This document shows, in pieces, positions 11,923 to 23,281 of a stretch of DNA of 64,000 bases (the stretch's first letter is position 1; every line of letters begins with the position of its first letter). Where the stretch lies: assembly GCA_964016885.1 (NCBI GenBank), contig OZ024742.1:101308001-101372000 (forward strand). Reading direction: 5' to 3'. The notes under the pieces were generated by a model. The model saw nothing but the letters and a program-made list of their open reading frames with translations. It was not told the origin of the DNA and did not search any database. The position numbers and the translations under genes were made by a program. Source of the stretch: Eledone cirrhosa (Eukaryota).

Positions 11923-12824
11923 CTAGCAGTTGTACTCGGCGTTGCACGGGATAAGGTATTTTGGAATGCGGGCCGCCAACAGACCTAATCGTGGAAAAGC
12001 TGCATTCATGGACAATATGTAAAGAAAATAAACCGAATACTCTGATGGCTGGATAATCTTTAAGGTTTTCCTTGATGAAGCAGGAAAAATGCAGGTTTTC
12101 GCCTAATGCGGGCCCTAGGGAATCAAGAAAATGAATTTTTTTTATATGCATATAATATGCCTTGAAATTTCGGGAAAATCGGCTAGACGTAACGACTCAA
12201 AACAGCCCTAAAAAGCTGAAAAAATGAAGTTTTTCACCTAATGCGGGACCTAGGCCATAAAAAAGTTGGATTTTCTTTGCTCACGGTATGAAGAAGAGAC
12301 TGACTAATACGTAGTTACAATTTCAAGGAAATCGGTCTGACGTAACGACTAAAAAAAAACCCCAAAACCTGTAGTTTTTCACCTAATGCGGGCCCTAGGG
12401 GATCAAAAAGTTGAATTTTTTTATGTGAATAACACTCCCCGAAACATAAGCAATACACATGTAAAGTTTGAAAAAAGTCGGTTAGGTACTTCTCGAGTTT
12501 TAGGGATTCAAAGACACACACACACACAGACATCCTCAGGGAAGTGACGTAATGCAGACAGGCAGACATACAGAAGATATTATAAGGGCGCGGCGCGACG
12601 TTATATGTATGTATCTATCTAAAAAGAGAAAGACGAAGAATAATAGAGAGAGATCGCTAAATCGCCTAATGCGGTCCTTAGGGCATTGAAAATTAGAAAT
12701 TATTTTTGCTCAGAACACTCCCTGAAACATAAGTATTACATGTGTAAAGTTTGAAAACAGTCGGTTGGGTGGTTCTCGAGTTTATTGATTCAAACTCACA
12801 CACACACAGACAGACATCCTCAGT

Positions 12825-12830
<6 letters not shown>
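11923..12830 (-). mobile_element. Non-autonomous Helitron with duplicated 5' module
   Basis: Minus-strand tail CCCGTGCAACGCCGAGTACAACTGCTAG|T; head TATAACTGAGGATGTCTGTC; head repeated internally at ~12440-12540; CCTAATGCGG motif x4. Confidence 0.85.
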
Positions 12831-12856
<26 letters not shown>

Positions 12857-12908
12857 TATATAAATGGAAAGTATAGAAATGATTGTAGCAAGAAGCCAAC
12901 AGTATTCC

Positions 12909-12968
<60 letters not shown>

Positions 12969-12970
<2 letters not shown>

Positions 12971-13676
12971 CATACGTTAAGACGGGCGTTCGTGAAATTG
13001 AAAGTAAATTTTTTGACAAGTGAATTTGTTTGTTTTGTTTTTTTACAATGAAAGTTACGATACACACGCAATTGTATGAATTTCTTAAAATATATATATG
13101 TGTGGGTGTGTATATGTGTGTATATATGTGTGTACACTGTGAATTTGTTTGTTTATTTACAACAGGTCTCTATAGTGATATGGTGTTAATTAGTATTGCG
13201 TGTGTGATTATTTTTTCTTATATATATATGTGTGGGTGTGTATGTGTGTATATATATGTGTGTCTGTATGTATATATATATGTGTGTTTGTATATATATA
13301 TGTGTGTTTGTGTCATCATCATCGTTTAGATGTTTTTGTAATATCTTGCCAAAGTTGTTGGCACCAACTATCTGTCCCCAAAGAAATTAAGGTCGGGACA
13401 TAAGAAGGTCAGAGAATGATAAGGAATTTGGGTCAGAGGGGCAGATTGGGGTCAGAAACGCAGATAGGCGTCAGAAGGACTGTATAGAGACCTGTTGTAA
13501 ATAAACAAACAAATTCACAGTGTACACACATATACACACCCACACATATATATATTTTAAGAAATCCATACAATTGCGTGTGTATCGTAACGTCCATTAT
13601 TAAAAAAAAAAAAAAAAAAAAATTCACTTGGCAAAAAATTTACTTTCACTTTCACGAACGCCCGTCTTAACGTATG

Positions 13677-13678
<2 letters not shown>
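12969..13678. repeat. Inverted duplication, ~200-bp arms (12969-13174 / 13483-13678), bounded by (TA)n on both sides
   Basis: GGCATACGTTAAGACGGGCGTTCGTGAAA...ACAGGTCTCTATA and its reverse complement. Confidence 0.9.
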
Positions 13679-13746
<68 letters not shown>

Positions 13747-13764
13747 CATATGTATGTATTTCAT

Positions 13765-13884
13765 CCTGCAGAGTGTCCAAATATCACCCTCCTCACCAAG
13801 CAAGCCTGGTGGGGTTGCCGGTTTAGTTGCCGGCGACCCGATCATGAGACAGGTTGTATTGGGTTACATGTTACCAGTAGCACC
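13765..13884 (-). mobile_element. Interspersed repeat module (second copy at ~35950-36070), possibly a LINE 5' UTR; strand assumed
   Basis: Near-identical CCTGCAG..TGTCCAAA.TCACCCTCCTCACCAAG...CATGAGACAGGTTGTATTGGG.TACATGTTACCAGTAGCACC at both sites. Confidence 0.6.
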
Positions 13885-13889
13885 CGAGA

Positions 13890-14179
13890 GCGACCGTGAT
13901 TGCGAACAAATTGCTGGTGACAGAAAGGACTGGAGAGAAAGGTGCCATAGTGCGATCAGGAGCTTCGAATCCAGTCGCATAGAGAAATTGCGTGTTGACC
14001 GAACAGGGACGAAGCAACGGGCCTTGATACCTGCAAGACTCTCCATAAACTCTTGCTCTTGCGACCTATGTGGCTTGGTCTGTGGGTCACTGGTGGGATT
14101 GAAATGTCACATGAGACACCGCCATCCAGAGAGCTGAACTTTTCTTGGACACTTATACGTCGGATATCGACGGGAGAGT

Positions 14180-14186
<7 letters not shown>
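13890..14186 (+). mobile_element. 3' end of an RTE (BovB-like) LINE
   Basis: AGDRKDWRERC...FE...CDLCGLVCGSLVGLKCHMRHRH C-terminal C2H2 finger typical of RTE, then a short UTR and CAT/TA tail. Confidence 0.8.
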
Positions 14187-14243
<57 letters not shown>

Positions 14244-14264
14244 CAATGTGCTTATTGTTATGTG

Positions 14265-14476
14265 CTAAACATGGTAGTAGGAAAATATTCGGCTTATTTA
14301 AAAAATAGTAATATTTACGAGAGTAAATTTTACTCATTTACTAGGTGAATTTTAGCTCAATGCTATGATAGGATCAAGCAGAGCCAGTATATAATTACAA
14401 TGTGCTTATAAACAAAAATTAAAAGTTCAAGACATTTAATGTCTTGAACTTTTAATTTTAGTTTATAAGCACATTG

Positions 14477-14530
<54 letters not shown>

Positions 14531-14678
14531 TTTATAAGCACATTGTAATTATATACTGGCTCTGCTTGATCCTATCATAGCATTGAGCTAAAATTCACCT
14601 AGTAAATGAGTAAAATTTACTCTCGTAAATATTACTATTTTTTAAATAAGCCGAATATTTTCCTGCTACCATGTTTAG
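14265..14678. repeat. Foldback palindrome centred at 14437; right arm interrupted by (TA)n and a short re-duplication
   Basis: ...AAAGTTCAAGACATT-T-AATGTCTTGAACTTT...; 14528-14678 is the reverse complement of 14265-14414. Confidence 0.92.
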
Positions 14679-14732
14679 AGAAACTGTAAGAAGAAATAAT
14701 GTAATTAAGCATAAAGATACTGAGGGTATTAA

Positions 14733-14915
14733 TAATTGTTTCTACTTTAGGCACAAGGCCAGCTATTACCCAGTGCATTACTGGTACTTTATTTTATCGA
14801 CCCCGTAAGGATGAAAGGCAAAGTCAACCTCGGCGGGATTTGAACTCAGATCGTAAAGGGACGTAACTATGCTAGAAAGCATGGCGTCTGACTCTCTACC
14901 AATACTGCCAATCCA
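14733..14915 (-). mobile_element. Meta-domain tRNA SINE (a deleted copy follows at ~14920-15075)
   Basis: Reverse complement of 2121-2301. Confidence 0.85.
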
Positions 14916-15165
14916 TAATAATGATTTCTAGTATAGGCCAGTAATTTGAAGGGGAGGGGAAAGTCGTTTAAATCGACCCCAGTGCATTATTTGTGTTTTA
15001 TTTATCGACCCGAACGTAAAGGGCCGTAACTCTATGTCGCAAAGCATATTTCCGTAGCTCTACCGACACTACCAATTAATAATAATAATGTCTTTATTAA
15101 CACACAAAATGTTTACTTCAGGAAAAACATTTTTTTTTTAATGACTTAAATAGGTTTATTTACAA

Positions 15166-18100
15166 CTAGCAGAAGTGCCCGGCGCTGCTCGGGGCTGAAT
15201 TGCTTGAAAGTACTGTTAATGATTGCACTGAATTATGATTATTCAGGCAACGATTGATATAAGTTTACGCCGAATGAATCTATTTGTAAGTGTATAGAAA
15301 GCCCTATAAAGGGGTTCCTACCCCCTCGTAGAATGGTGTAAGAATTGAATGTGAGGTTGCCTTGAAAAGGGCCATGTTATTGTTCTCAACCTCAAGCCAC
15401 TTTGGATTACATGTAAAGGTGATGAATAAATCGGGTCGCCCATAATGTCATAGCGTCTTGTGTTCGCTCGTGCATGTACCATGGGCCCCCTGTATAGGTT
15501 GAGGGGAGAATGCACATCTTGCCGATGTTGCGGGCGTCAGTGTCATTCCTGATGCCGTCACGCAAATGTATGTAGGAGTCTGAGCGCAGCTGTGATTCAA
15601 TTTGATGAAGCACAGTCTCTCGGACTCCATTTTTGCAGCCATGTCAACTGCAAACTGGTGAAACAGTTCCCGTGAGCTATGCAGGGGGCTAAAATCATTA
15701 TGCCTTGTCATGAAGCGGTATGAGTAGAAAGCCATACATGAAACAGTTTTAGATGTCGCAGCAGTGGGCTCGTTTGGTTTGTGGTGAGGAATGCCGAAAT
15801 GGTACCCGTCTTCTCCGTACGGAAAAAGAAGGGGATACTGCAGGGCGTCATATGAACGATGCGTCTCATTAATACGTTGAAGACCACTGTCGCGGCTTTG
15901 AAGAACTATGTCTCGCTTATTGTGCTGTCCACCATGGAGAACTATGGCCACTTCATTGCACGAAGGAGCGTTATATCGGCGTGCGTGCTCCCCAGAAGGT
16001 CTTTTGTCAGCATCGATGACAATGGTGAAGTTTGGTGAAGGGGATGTTTCCAAGGTGTATTTGAAACTGCGAATGTAGCTGTTGTGCTCATGAAGCATGT
16101 TTTGCAGACTGAGCAGCACGTCCCTGTCAAAATTGTCAGCGTCAGTGTTTGCAGGTGGTGGAATAACGCCGAAACGCACATCAATTTGCGTATTGTAGTT
16201 TGAAATGAAGTAAATTTGAAGGAACGAAGGTTTGGAATTTTGTAGTGGCTGGAGTGACCCAATAAGGTGGTACACCTGGCCTTGGACCTTGAAAGTAGGC
16301 ATCCAACCAGTTTCTCTGACAACGTTAGCCCCGAAAGAAGTCATCTGAAATGCACAATTGTACTTCCTGATGAGTTGAAGGAATTTTGATGACCTTTAGG
16401 TCGAACCAGTAAGTAATTCCTTCAAAGGATCTGGCAGCTCCCGAAGAGGGGGCAAGCTGACCTTACCGTTTAAGCAGCACATTGCAGGTGGTTCCCCAGC
16501 CCACTTTTTAGCATTGCAGAATTTGCAATTGAAGCACATTTCCCCAATATTTATGTCGGCGCGCATCGAGTAATTGAAGTTGGGCTCATACTTGAAAGCC
16601 CGTAGATGCCAGTAAGGGCTGTGTGGACTCGTCAGACCGCGGATAGCCTCGCGCCGTCGACTGTTCCGCTGAAATGTAGAACGTTGCTGGTCTGAGTCGT
16701 GGGAACGTGGAGCATCAGTAGCAGAAGCGACGTTTGCAATGGTAATGAACCGGCCGTCTGCATCTTGAGAAGGCATGGAAGCAATGAAAGCCGCCTCGTT
16801 CCTATGAAGGTGAGTGGTCGGTAGTTCGAAACGTTCCGAAAATCTTGAAGCAGCAGTAACCGCAGCGTTTTTAGCCAGTCGAGTGGCCCTTTGTTGTGGG
16901 CCCTCTGAAGCCCTTGAAGCAGCAGCAGCAGCAGCCTTTATAGCCATGTGATTCGACCTTGTTTCCGGACGCTCTGAAGCCCTGGAAGCAGCATCGTATG
17001 AAGCCTGTTTTGCTCGGCGTGCGTTGCGCTGTTGGAAAGTTTCAGCAGCTCGTGATTCCGCTGAACGTAAGGCGCTCTGTGAAAGTCTGAAATCCTTTTT
17101 GTCGGAGGACTCGTTTGCGGTAATCGTCTTTTGCGCGACTGCTGCTGCCGTATGGCGGCCGAGGCGACTTCTCTTTTTCGGTGGCATTTTATGTGAAAAA
17201 TAAAGGGTGAAAGTTACTTAAAGATAGAAATTGTAATGTGAATGAAATGTGGAAAAATTTTGACCGTGGAAGGAAAAGAAACAAATATTTGGAGCTGAAA
17301 GAAATTGTTTAGGTAAGTATAGCGACAGAGTGTGTAAAGTGTATTGAAACGTGAGTTAAAAGAAAGAAAAGGAAGTTGTTTACGTACATGTGGCAAATGG
17401 CAAATGTTTTAGTTGTTTAATAAAATATTTGTGTAAAGTGTATAGAAACGTAAATTGAAACAAAGAAAATGAACTGACATTTTTAAGAAAGGAATTTGTT
17501 TACGTACATGTTGCAAATGGCAAATGTTTGTGCAGTTGTCAGAAATATAACCAGGGTACATTTGTGGGACTGATGTATTATAATGAATAGTCGTGTATTT
17601 GTGGTTATAAATCCTGCACCTTGTTTAATTGCTTTAAATTTTTTTGGATCAATTTATGTGAGTGTGTGTTTGTATGTGTTTGTAAATAAATCATTAAGTT
17701 TGAAGCAACTAAAAGTTAGTGTGGTTATAAATCACGCACGTTGTTTAATTGCTTTAAATGTTATTTTATCATTTGAAGTGAGTGTGTGTCTGTATGCGTT
17801 TGGAAATAAATCAGTAAGTTTGAAGTATAAAAGAGAAAGTAGCAAAATGTGTGGGTTGTAGATAGATGAAAGCAGATGATATGACAGAGTAAAACGGACA
17901 GTATCACCATCAACATGAACAATGTAAAATGAAAAGAATAATTTACTTTCATTTTACGTGTTTCAGCTTGGAAAGAGAAAGTAGCAGAAGGTATGAAGTT
18001 GTATAGATTTTGAATGGTAATGGGAAGAGTTTAGCAGTTTAAATGAGATAGGAAAATCGTAAAATATTGAGTTTTATCGATTTTTTGCGTAATTGTGGGT

Positions 18101-18235
18101 GACATTGAAAAAATTATATGTGCCAAGACCCAATCGAAGCTATTTCGAATACTGAATTGTAAATTTCAATTGAAGAAATTCTATATCGTAGATTTCTATA
18201 ACAAAGGAGCATGACCATACACTGAGCTTTATAGA
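15166..18235 (-). mobile_element. Helitron 2, internally deleted, with both exact termini (3070 bp)
   Basis: Minus strand A|TCTATAAAGCTC ... CCCGAGCAGCGCCGGG hairpin ... CTAG|T: canonical TC/CTAG ends at an A|T target. Confidence 0.93.
15395..17187 (-). pseudogene. N-terminal half of Helitron RepHel, truncated just after Rep motif 1
   Basis: MPPKKRSRLGR, 23-aa STPR-like repeats, CKFC...CC, YNCAFQMTSFG, YDALQYPLLFPYGEDG, ILPSTYTGGP, GRPDLFITFTCNPKW; one in-frame stop plus frameshifts; no helicase follows. Confidence 0.92.
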
Positions 18236-18269
18236 TTATGATAGTTTATAACTTTGCCTATTAATCGGT

Positions 18270-18650
18270 ATGGTGAGCAAATGGGGTCCTACGTGCTGGC
18301 CTCCCCACAGCCCTGGCGGACAAGCTGGAGAAGGCGTTTGCTTTGAAATCAGCACTTCCCTCTCCACCATGATTTTCCTCTTCAAGTGAACCGTGAAGAA
18401 GTTTTTCAGGGCTTCGCCGAAGAGGAAAGAGTTGGTCTTAAACCCTTTCAAGGGCGTCAATCATACAACCTCTTTCGCTAACACCTTGGCCAATATTTAA
18501 AACTCTGCATTTAACTGAGTTATGGGCCTAAAATTGTCAATATATTTCCCCTTGTTCAGGTCCTTTCTCAGCAATGCCACCGTCCCTCGGTTCACAAAAC
18601 TGGGAATTCTTCTTTTCTGCTGGCAGTTGGTGTAGACGTTCGCTAAGATG
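18270..18650 (-). mobile_element. Internally deleted Tx1-like LINE fragment (same family as 32440-34697)
   Basis: [22 protein letters not shown] fused to FGEALKNFFTVHLKRKIMVEREVL. Confidence 0.85.
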
Positions 18651-19499
18651 TTCGTTCGCTAAACGAATACCACAAAGTAATCAATCCGATGTTCTAACGG
18701 CTTTGCCAATTCACTGCCTACTGTATGTGGCATTAACAACTAATTTCAAACAAATCAACCCAGCTTTGAAACGCAAACAAAGGATTTTTTTAAATGACGC
18801 CCACACTTATCAGAAAGAAATAGTGCTGACAATTTAGTTTACGAAATTTGTATCTCTATTTTTTATTATTAGAGTCCCATAACTCCCGAGGGAGTCGTAG
18901 GGGTCCGTAGTGACATACTAGCGTTTCTGGCAGATCCCATCTCTTTCCAGGTCTGAACGCAATAGATTTCTTCCAGAGAAGGATAGAAAGTTAAAGAGAA
19001 GTGAGAAAGAGACATAGAAGAAGAATCGACCCAGTACTAAACTGGTACTTTTTTTTATCGACCCCAAAAGGATGAAAGGTAATGTTTTTCTCATTTAAGA
19101 CGTAGTTCACCAACCATAAAATTGCCGTATTTATGAAATCACAAATTATCGGAAACTGTTGTATAATTTATTCTTTATCCACATTAAATTTACTTCATTC
19201 TACTGACAGGGCTTGAGTATTTAGCGTCATACGTTAGTCCTACAATATACGTTCTCTTCTCCCAGTTACAAAAAAATAATTTCAACCTACTGACATCTTG
19301 CTCTGGTCACACTAAAAAAATTACTAAGCCAGTTATCTTTCAATATAGTCCACGTTTACGCACACCAAACCATCCAACAGGTTATAACTCCATATGATCC
19401 TCTCCACTGCATTATTTCCACAATGTTACTAAGCTACAAAGATGTTCAGTGATTTATTTATTGATCGCAGGAAATTATATATATTTGACAACACCACAA

Positions 19500-19737
19500 A
19501 AACCCTCCAGCCCACACTGTAAAGTGGTCGTGTAGGTGTCACGACAATAAGCACCCAGCACACACTGTAAATGAGGTTGGCGTTAGGAAGGGCGTCCAGC
19601 TGTAGAAAACAAACCACAATAAGTTACGTGTATGCGAATCAAGGAACTGATCTCTTCGACCTGATCTCTCACAAAGGGACTGCCTGTCTTATCCATGCTA
19701 GCGGGGAAAATGGACGTTAAATGATGATGATGATGAT
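19500..19737 (+). mobile_element. 5'-truncated SINE with RTE-type tail
   Basis: GGTTGGCGTTAGGAAGGGCGTCCAGCTGTAGAAA...GGACGTTAAATGATGATG, homologous to 3355-3500. Confidence 0.75.
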
Positions 19738-20591
19738 TTAAGTCAATTATAAAAACTGTGATACTTTGAGATTCAGTATAGCGCCTCTCTGGAGTATGAA
19801 CCTTAGGTAGCTACATAGTTGGTTTTAATGGTAACGCTAGTCTTGTTCATCGTACAGGATGTTTTTGCTGTTCATCCAATGGAATGAGACTTATTTGTAA
19901 GCGGATAAGGAAGAAATATAAGGAGGGGGGACGATTGAAACAAAATGGGGTTATATAGTAGATACGGTTATGTTTGTACATATATATTTTTAGCTTTAGA
20001 CAGGTGAATGTGTATTGTAACTGGTAGAATAGGTGAAGAGGTATGCATTTACATATCCGTCTTTTGATATGTAGGCAGTCACGTATTAAAAAGAAAGAAC
20101 TAACGAAATTATACATACATCCGGGTGGTGAAGCATTTCCTTTATATTAATTTTATCTTTCCGTGAGTATATGTGTAAATAGTCACTCCTTAACGACCCA
20201 GCTACAAGGATAAGCTAAACATTTCATAGGCTAACTATGAAGGAGTGATGCTATGCTGTGAAATCCTGCATGCATTAATTTCAACTATTCTTATTAATAA
20301 CTGCATTGTTTCTTTTCAGGGACTAGTCGACCGTAGTATGTTCTTCAGACTTGATCGTAAACCGAATTGGTCGCTAAACGAACTCCTCGCTTAACAACCA
20401 GGTTTCGTTTCAACGATTTGATCATAAAATATATTTAGATATTATTTGTTTTAATTCTTCCATTACCATATTTCTTATGAAAGGCACTGTATATCATATT
20501 CAAATAATTGTGAAATAATCAAGTATTTGGAGGGATTTAGTGATTTTCGTATTTTCGAACACAAAATATTGAAGGGTTTTAGATAAATATA

Positions 20592-21050
20592 AAAGACCCC
20601 ACTTCGGTCACGAATGACCATGGGATTTGCATCTGGAAAGTTCCCCTCCCAGTCTCCTCACTCCAAGCTACCAATGTTGTCCAAGGGAAAGACAAAAGCC
20701 GATACAGCTTAGCACTAGTGAGGTCGCCACTCGTTTTTACACCTGAATAAAATGGAGTGATGTGAAGTAAAATGTCTTGCTCGAGAACACAGCCAGGTTT
20801 GGAAGTGACGTGAAATAAAATGTCTTGCTCAAGAACACAGCCTGGTTCGGGAGTGACATGAAATAAAATATCTTGCTCAAGAACACAGACCGGTTTGGGA
20901 GTGACGTGAAATAAAATGTCTTGCTCAAGAACACAGCCCGGTTTGGAAGTGTTGTGAAATAAAATGTCTTGCTCAAGAACACAGCCAGGTTCGGGAATCT
21001 AACTCACAATCTCCCAACTGTAAGCCAGACGCTTCAAACCCACTGAGACC
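20592..21050 (-). mobile_element. tRNA/CORE SINE with a 48-bp segment amplified 5x (20762-20997)
   Basis: Unit GTGAAATAAAATGTCTTGCTCAAGAACACAGCC.GGTT.GG.AGTGAC at 20762, 20810, 20858, 20906 and 20954; tRNA head at ~20995-21050. Confidence 0.85.
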
Positions 21051-21465
21051 AACTTTGCCTTTCATCATTCCGGTGTCGATAAAATAAAGTACCAGTAAAG
21101 TATTGTGGTCGATATAATCGACTTTTCTCTTCTCGCAAGTTACTACTTGTGTGTCAACGTTAAAAAAGTATCAATTAGAATAAATATAATATAATACAGT
21201 GGGTACAAGAATGCCAGGCTAAATGATAAATACCTTGTGAACACAATTCTCTTGCTTCAAAAGTACACTCAACACTTCGTGTTTTATAGAGAAGTCATAG
21301 CGAGAAAGGTTGTTAGTGGGAATACTTAGCGAAGCATGCTAACCTGACAGACAGATTTAGGGAAGAATTTAGGAGATTCTTCAAAGACTTGAACTTTACA
21401 ACGAGTATTATAACATGCTCTCATGTAACAAAAACGTTTTAGGACCTTCTCTAGATTAAAAAAAA

Positions 21466-21664
21466 GAGGGTCGACTGAAAATTTCATAGGCTGTCCAAGA
21501 TACACTCATGGAATGACAAAATGAAGTTTATTTTTCAACATAGTTTCTGGAAAGAAACAATTGAGCTATTAATAAGAAGAGTTGAAATTAATGCATGCAA
21601 GATTTCACAGCACTGACATCACTCCTTCATAGTTAGCCTATGAACTTTGCAGCCTACCCTCGTA
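21466..21664. mobile_element. Mariner-type MITE (partial second copy at ~20205-20320)
   Basis: TIRs GAGGGTCGACTGAAAATTTCATAGGCT / AGCCTATGAACTTTGCAGCCTACCCTCG|TA. Confidence 0.75.
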
Positions 21665-22009
21665 TGTTGGATATAATATGTTAAGTTGGCAGGTCATTTG
21701 TATCCGACGAAGGTGTCAATCAAAGTTACAAATATATCACTCAGAGAGAGAGAGGGAGGGTGGTGTTCAATGGACTATGCAAATCCACTTCGTTAGTGTG
21801 TTCGAAGGTAGGGTGAGTCTATTCTACAATAGAAACTGATATTTTGTAGAATAGATCAGTCTTATCAGACAATCAAAATCTGATAGCATCATTTCAAAAT
21901 TATTCTCAGAGATTACGCGAGTCAAATCGATTTTGTGAATTTGAAATCAATGGAACTCGAGGATGACAGAATCATGAATGTATTAGAATATATTTAATCA
22001 CGTGTTGGA

Positions 22010-22312
22010 TGTGTTGGACCTCCGTCGGTTCCGACGACGAGTTGTTCGAACAACGGAATAGCTTGCTCGTGAAATTAACGTGCAAGTGGCTGAACATTTT
22101 AAAGACTCATGTACCTTTAATGTAATTCTTCTCGGGGAGATTCAGTGTGGCGGATTATGTTATATTTGAATTACATGTACATCTCAGTTTTGCAAGCTAA
22201 TTGTACTGAAACAATGTGAAATAAAGTGTTTTGCTAATGGACACAAGGCGCCACTGGGAATCGAACTCACGATCTAATGATCGTCACCCTAACCACCAAG
22301 CCACGCGCTTTC
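22010..22312 (-). mobile_element. tRNA/CORE SINE with a third type of 3' body
   Basis: Head GAAAGCGCGTGGCTTGGTGGTTAGGG...GAGTTCGATTCCC and a CORE-like segment at ~22190-22245. Confidence 0.7.
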
Positions 22313-22944
22313 ACTAATACATGCATTGAATTCACTCAACAGTTTGATATGATTTCTACATTTCAGTTATTTAGAACTGAAAAACAAAGAAAGTGAGAAT
22401 GACCGTAAATAAATCACCGTCACATGTTGAAAAAAACAAGGACAAAACTTGGTATTAATGTCAGTTTTGTGGCTATAAACATATAGATAAGATGAGGGGT
22501 TAAATTTTATCTATATCCTTTTACAATTGCATGTCAACAGTCTTCGAAGGATCTTATCTATAAGCGATATAATTGAAATACCTTAATCGAAGAGTTGGTA
22601 GCTTCTCATCGGTAGTAAATGCTTCTGACTTCCAGGATATAAATAAATAGCTCTTTAACGCTCAATCCTCTATAAATATAATTTTATTTGTCGAAAGAAA
22701 TGTAGGAGTCATTTTACAATAAATCTTCACGCGTCCGTATCATCTCTTGGTCAGCTCGGTCTGTCTGATCTCTCGAGTACTGTCTGAGGTTTTTCACCAG
22801 AGAGCGAGAGTGAGATTGACCATGTATTCATACGCAACTTCCCATTGGTCAGTTTGACCTTATTGCATAAATGCTGCTATTGCAAGGTGCGACGTAGTTC
22901 CACTATCCATGTCCCACATTTAATAAAATGTCTAAAGTCTGTCT

Positions 22945-23210
22945 TAAGCCAGAAGGCTCATTTGGCCGGTGCTTATCCCGGTTTCATGGCGTGAAACGAC
23001 TGAGAGTACAAGATTCACCCATAGACAGGACGCCAGTCCATCGCAGGGTTAAACCCCCAGCTATTGCTGGTAATCATTTTCAGCTGAGTATACTGGAGCA
23101 ACGTAAAATGAAGTGTTTTGCTCAAGAACACAACACGCAACCTAGGAATCGAACCCACGACATTACGATCGTAAGTCCAACACCCTTACCACTAGACCAC
23201 GTTCCTCCAC
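22945..23210 (-). mobile_element. tRNA/CORE SINE carrying a V-like domain
   Basis: Head GTGGAGGAACGTGGTCTAGTGGTAAGG...GGTTCGATTCC; CORE-like; then CCCTGCGATGGACTGGCGTCCTGTC...GAAACCGGGATAAGC. Confidence 0.8.
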
Positions 23211-23281
23211 TTAATAAAATGTATCCTAGGGGAAATTTTAAAACATACCACTTTCAGGCAGTATGTACATTTATATATATA

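Noticed and set aside
20305-20345. Apparent splice acceptor and micro-exon (TTTCTTTTCAG...GTATGT)
   Set aside because: The acceptor-like tract is part of the mariner MITE sequence also present at ~21545-21600.
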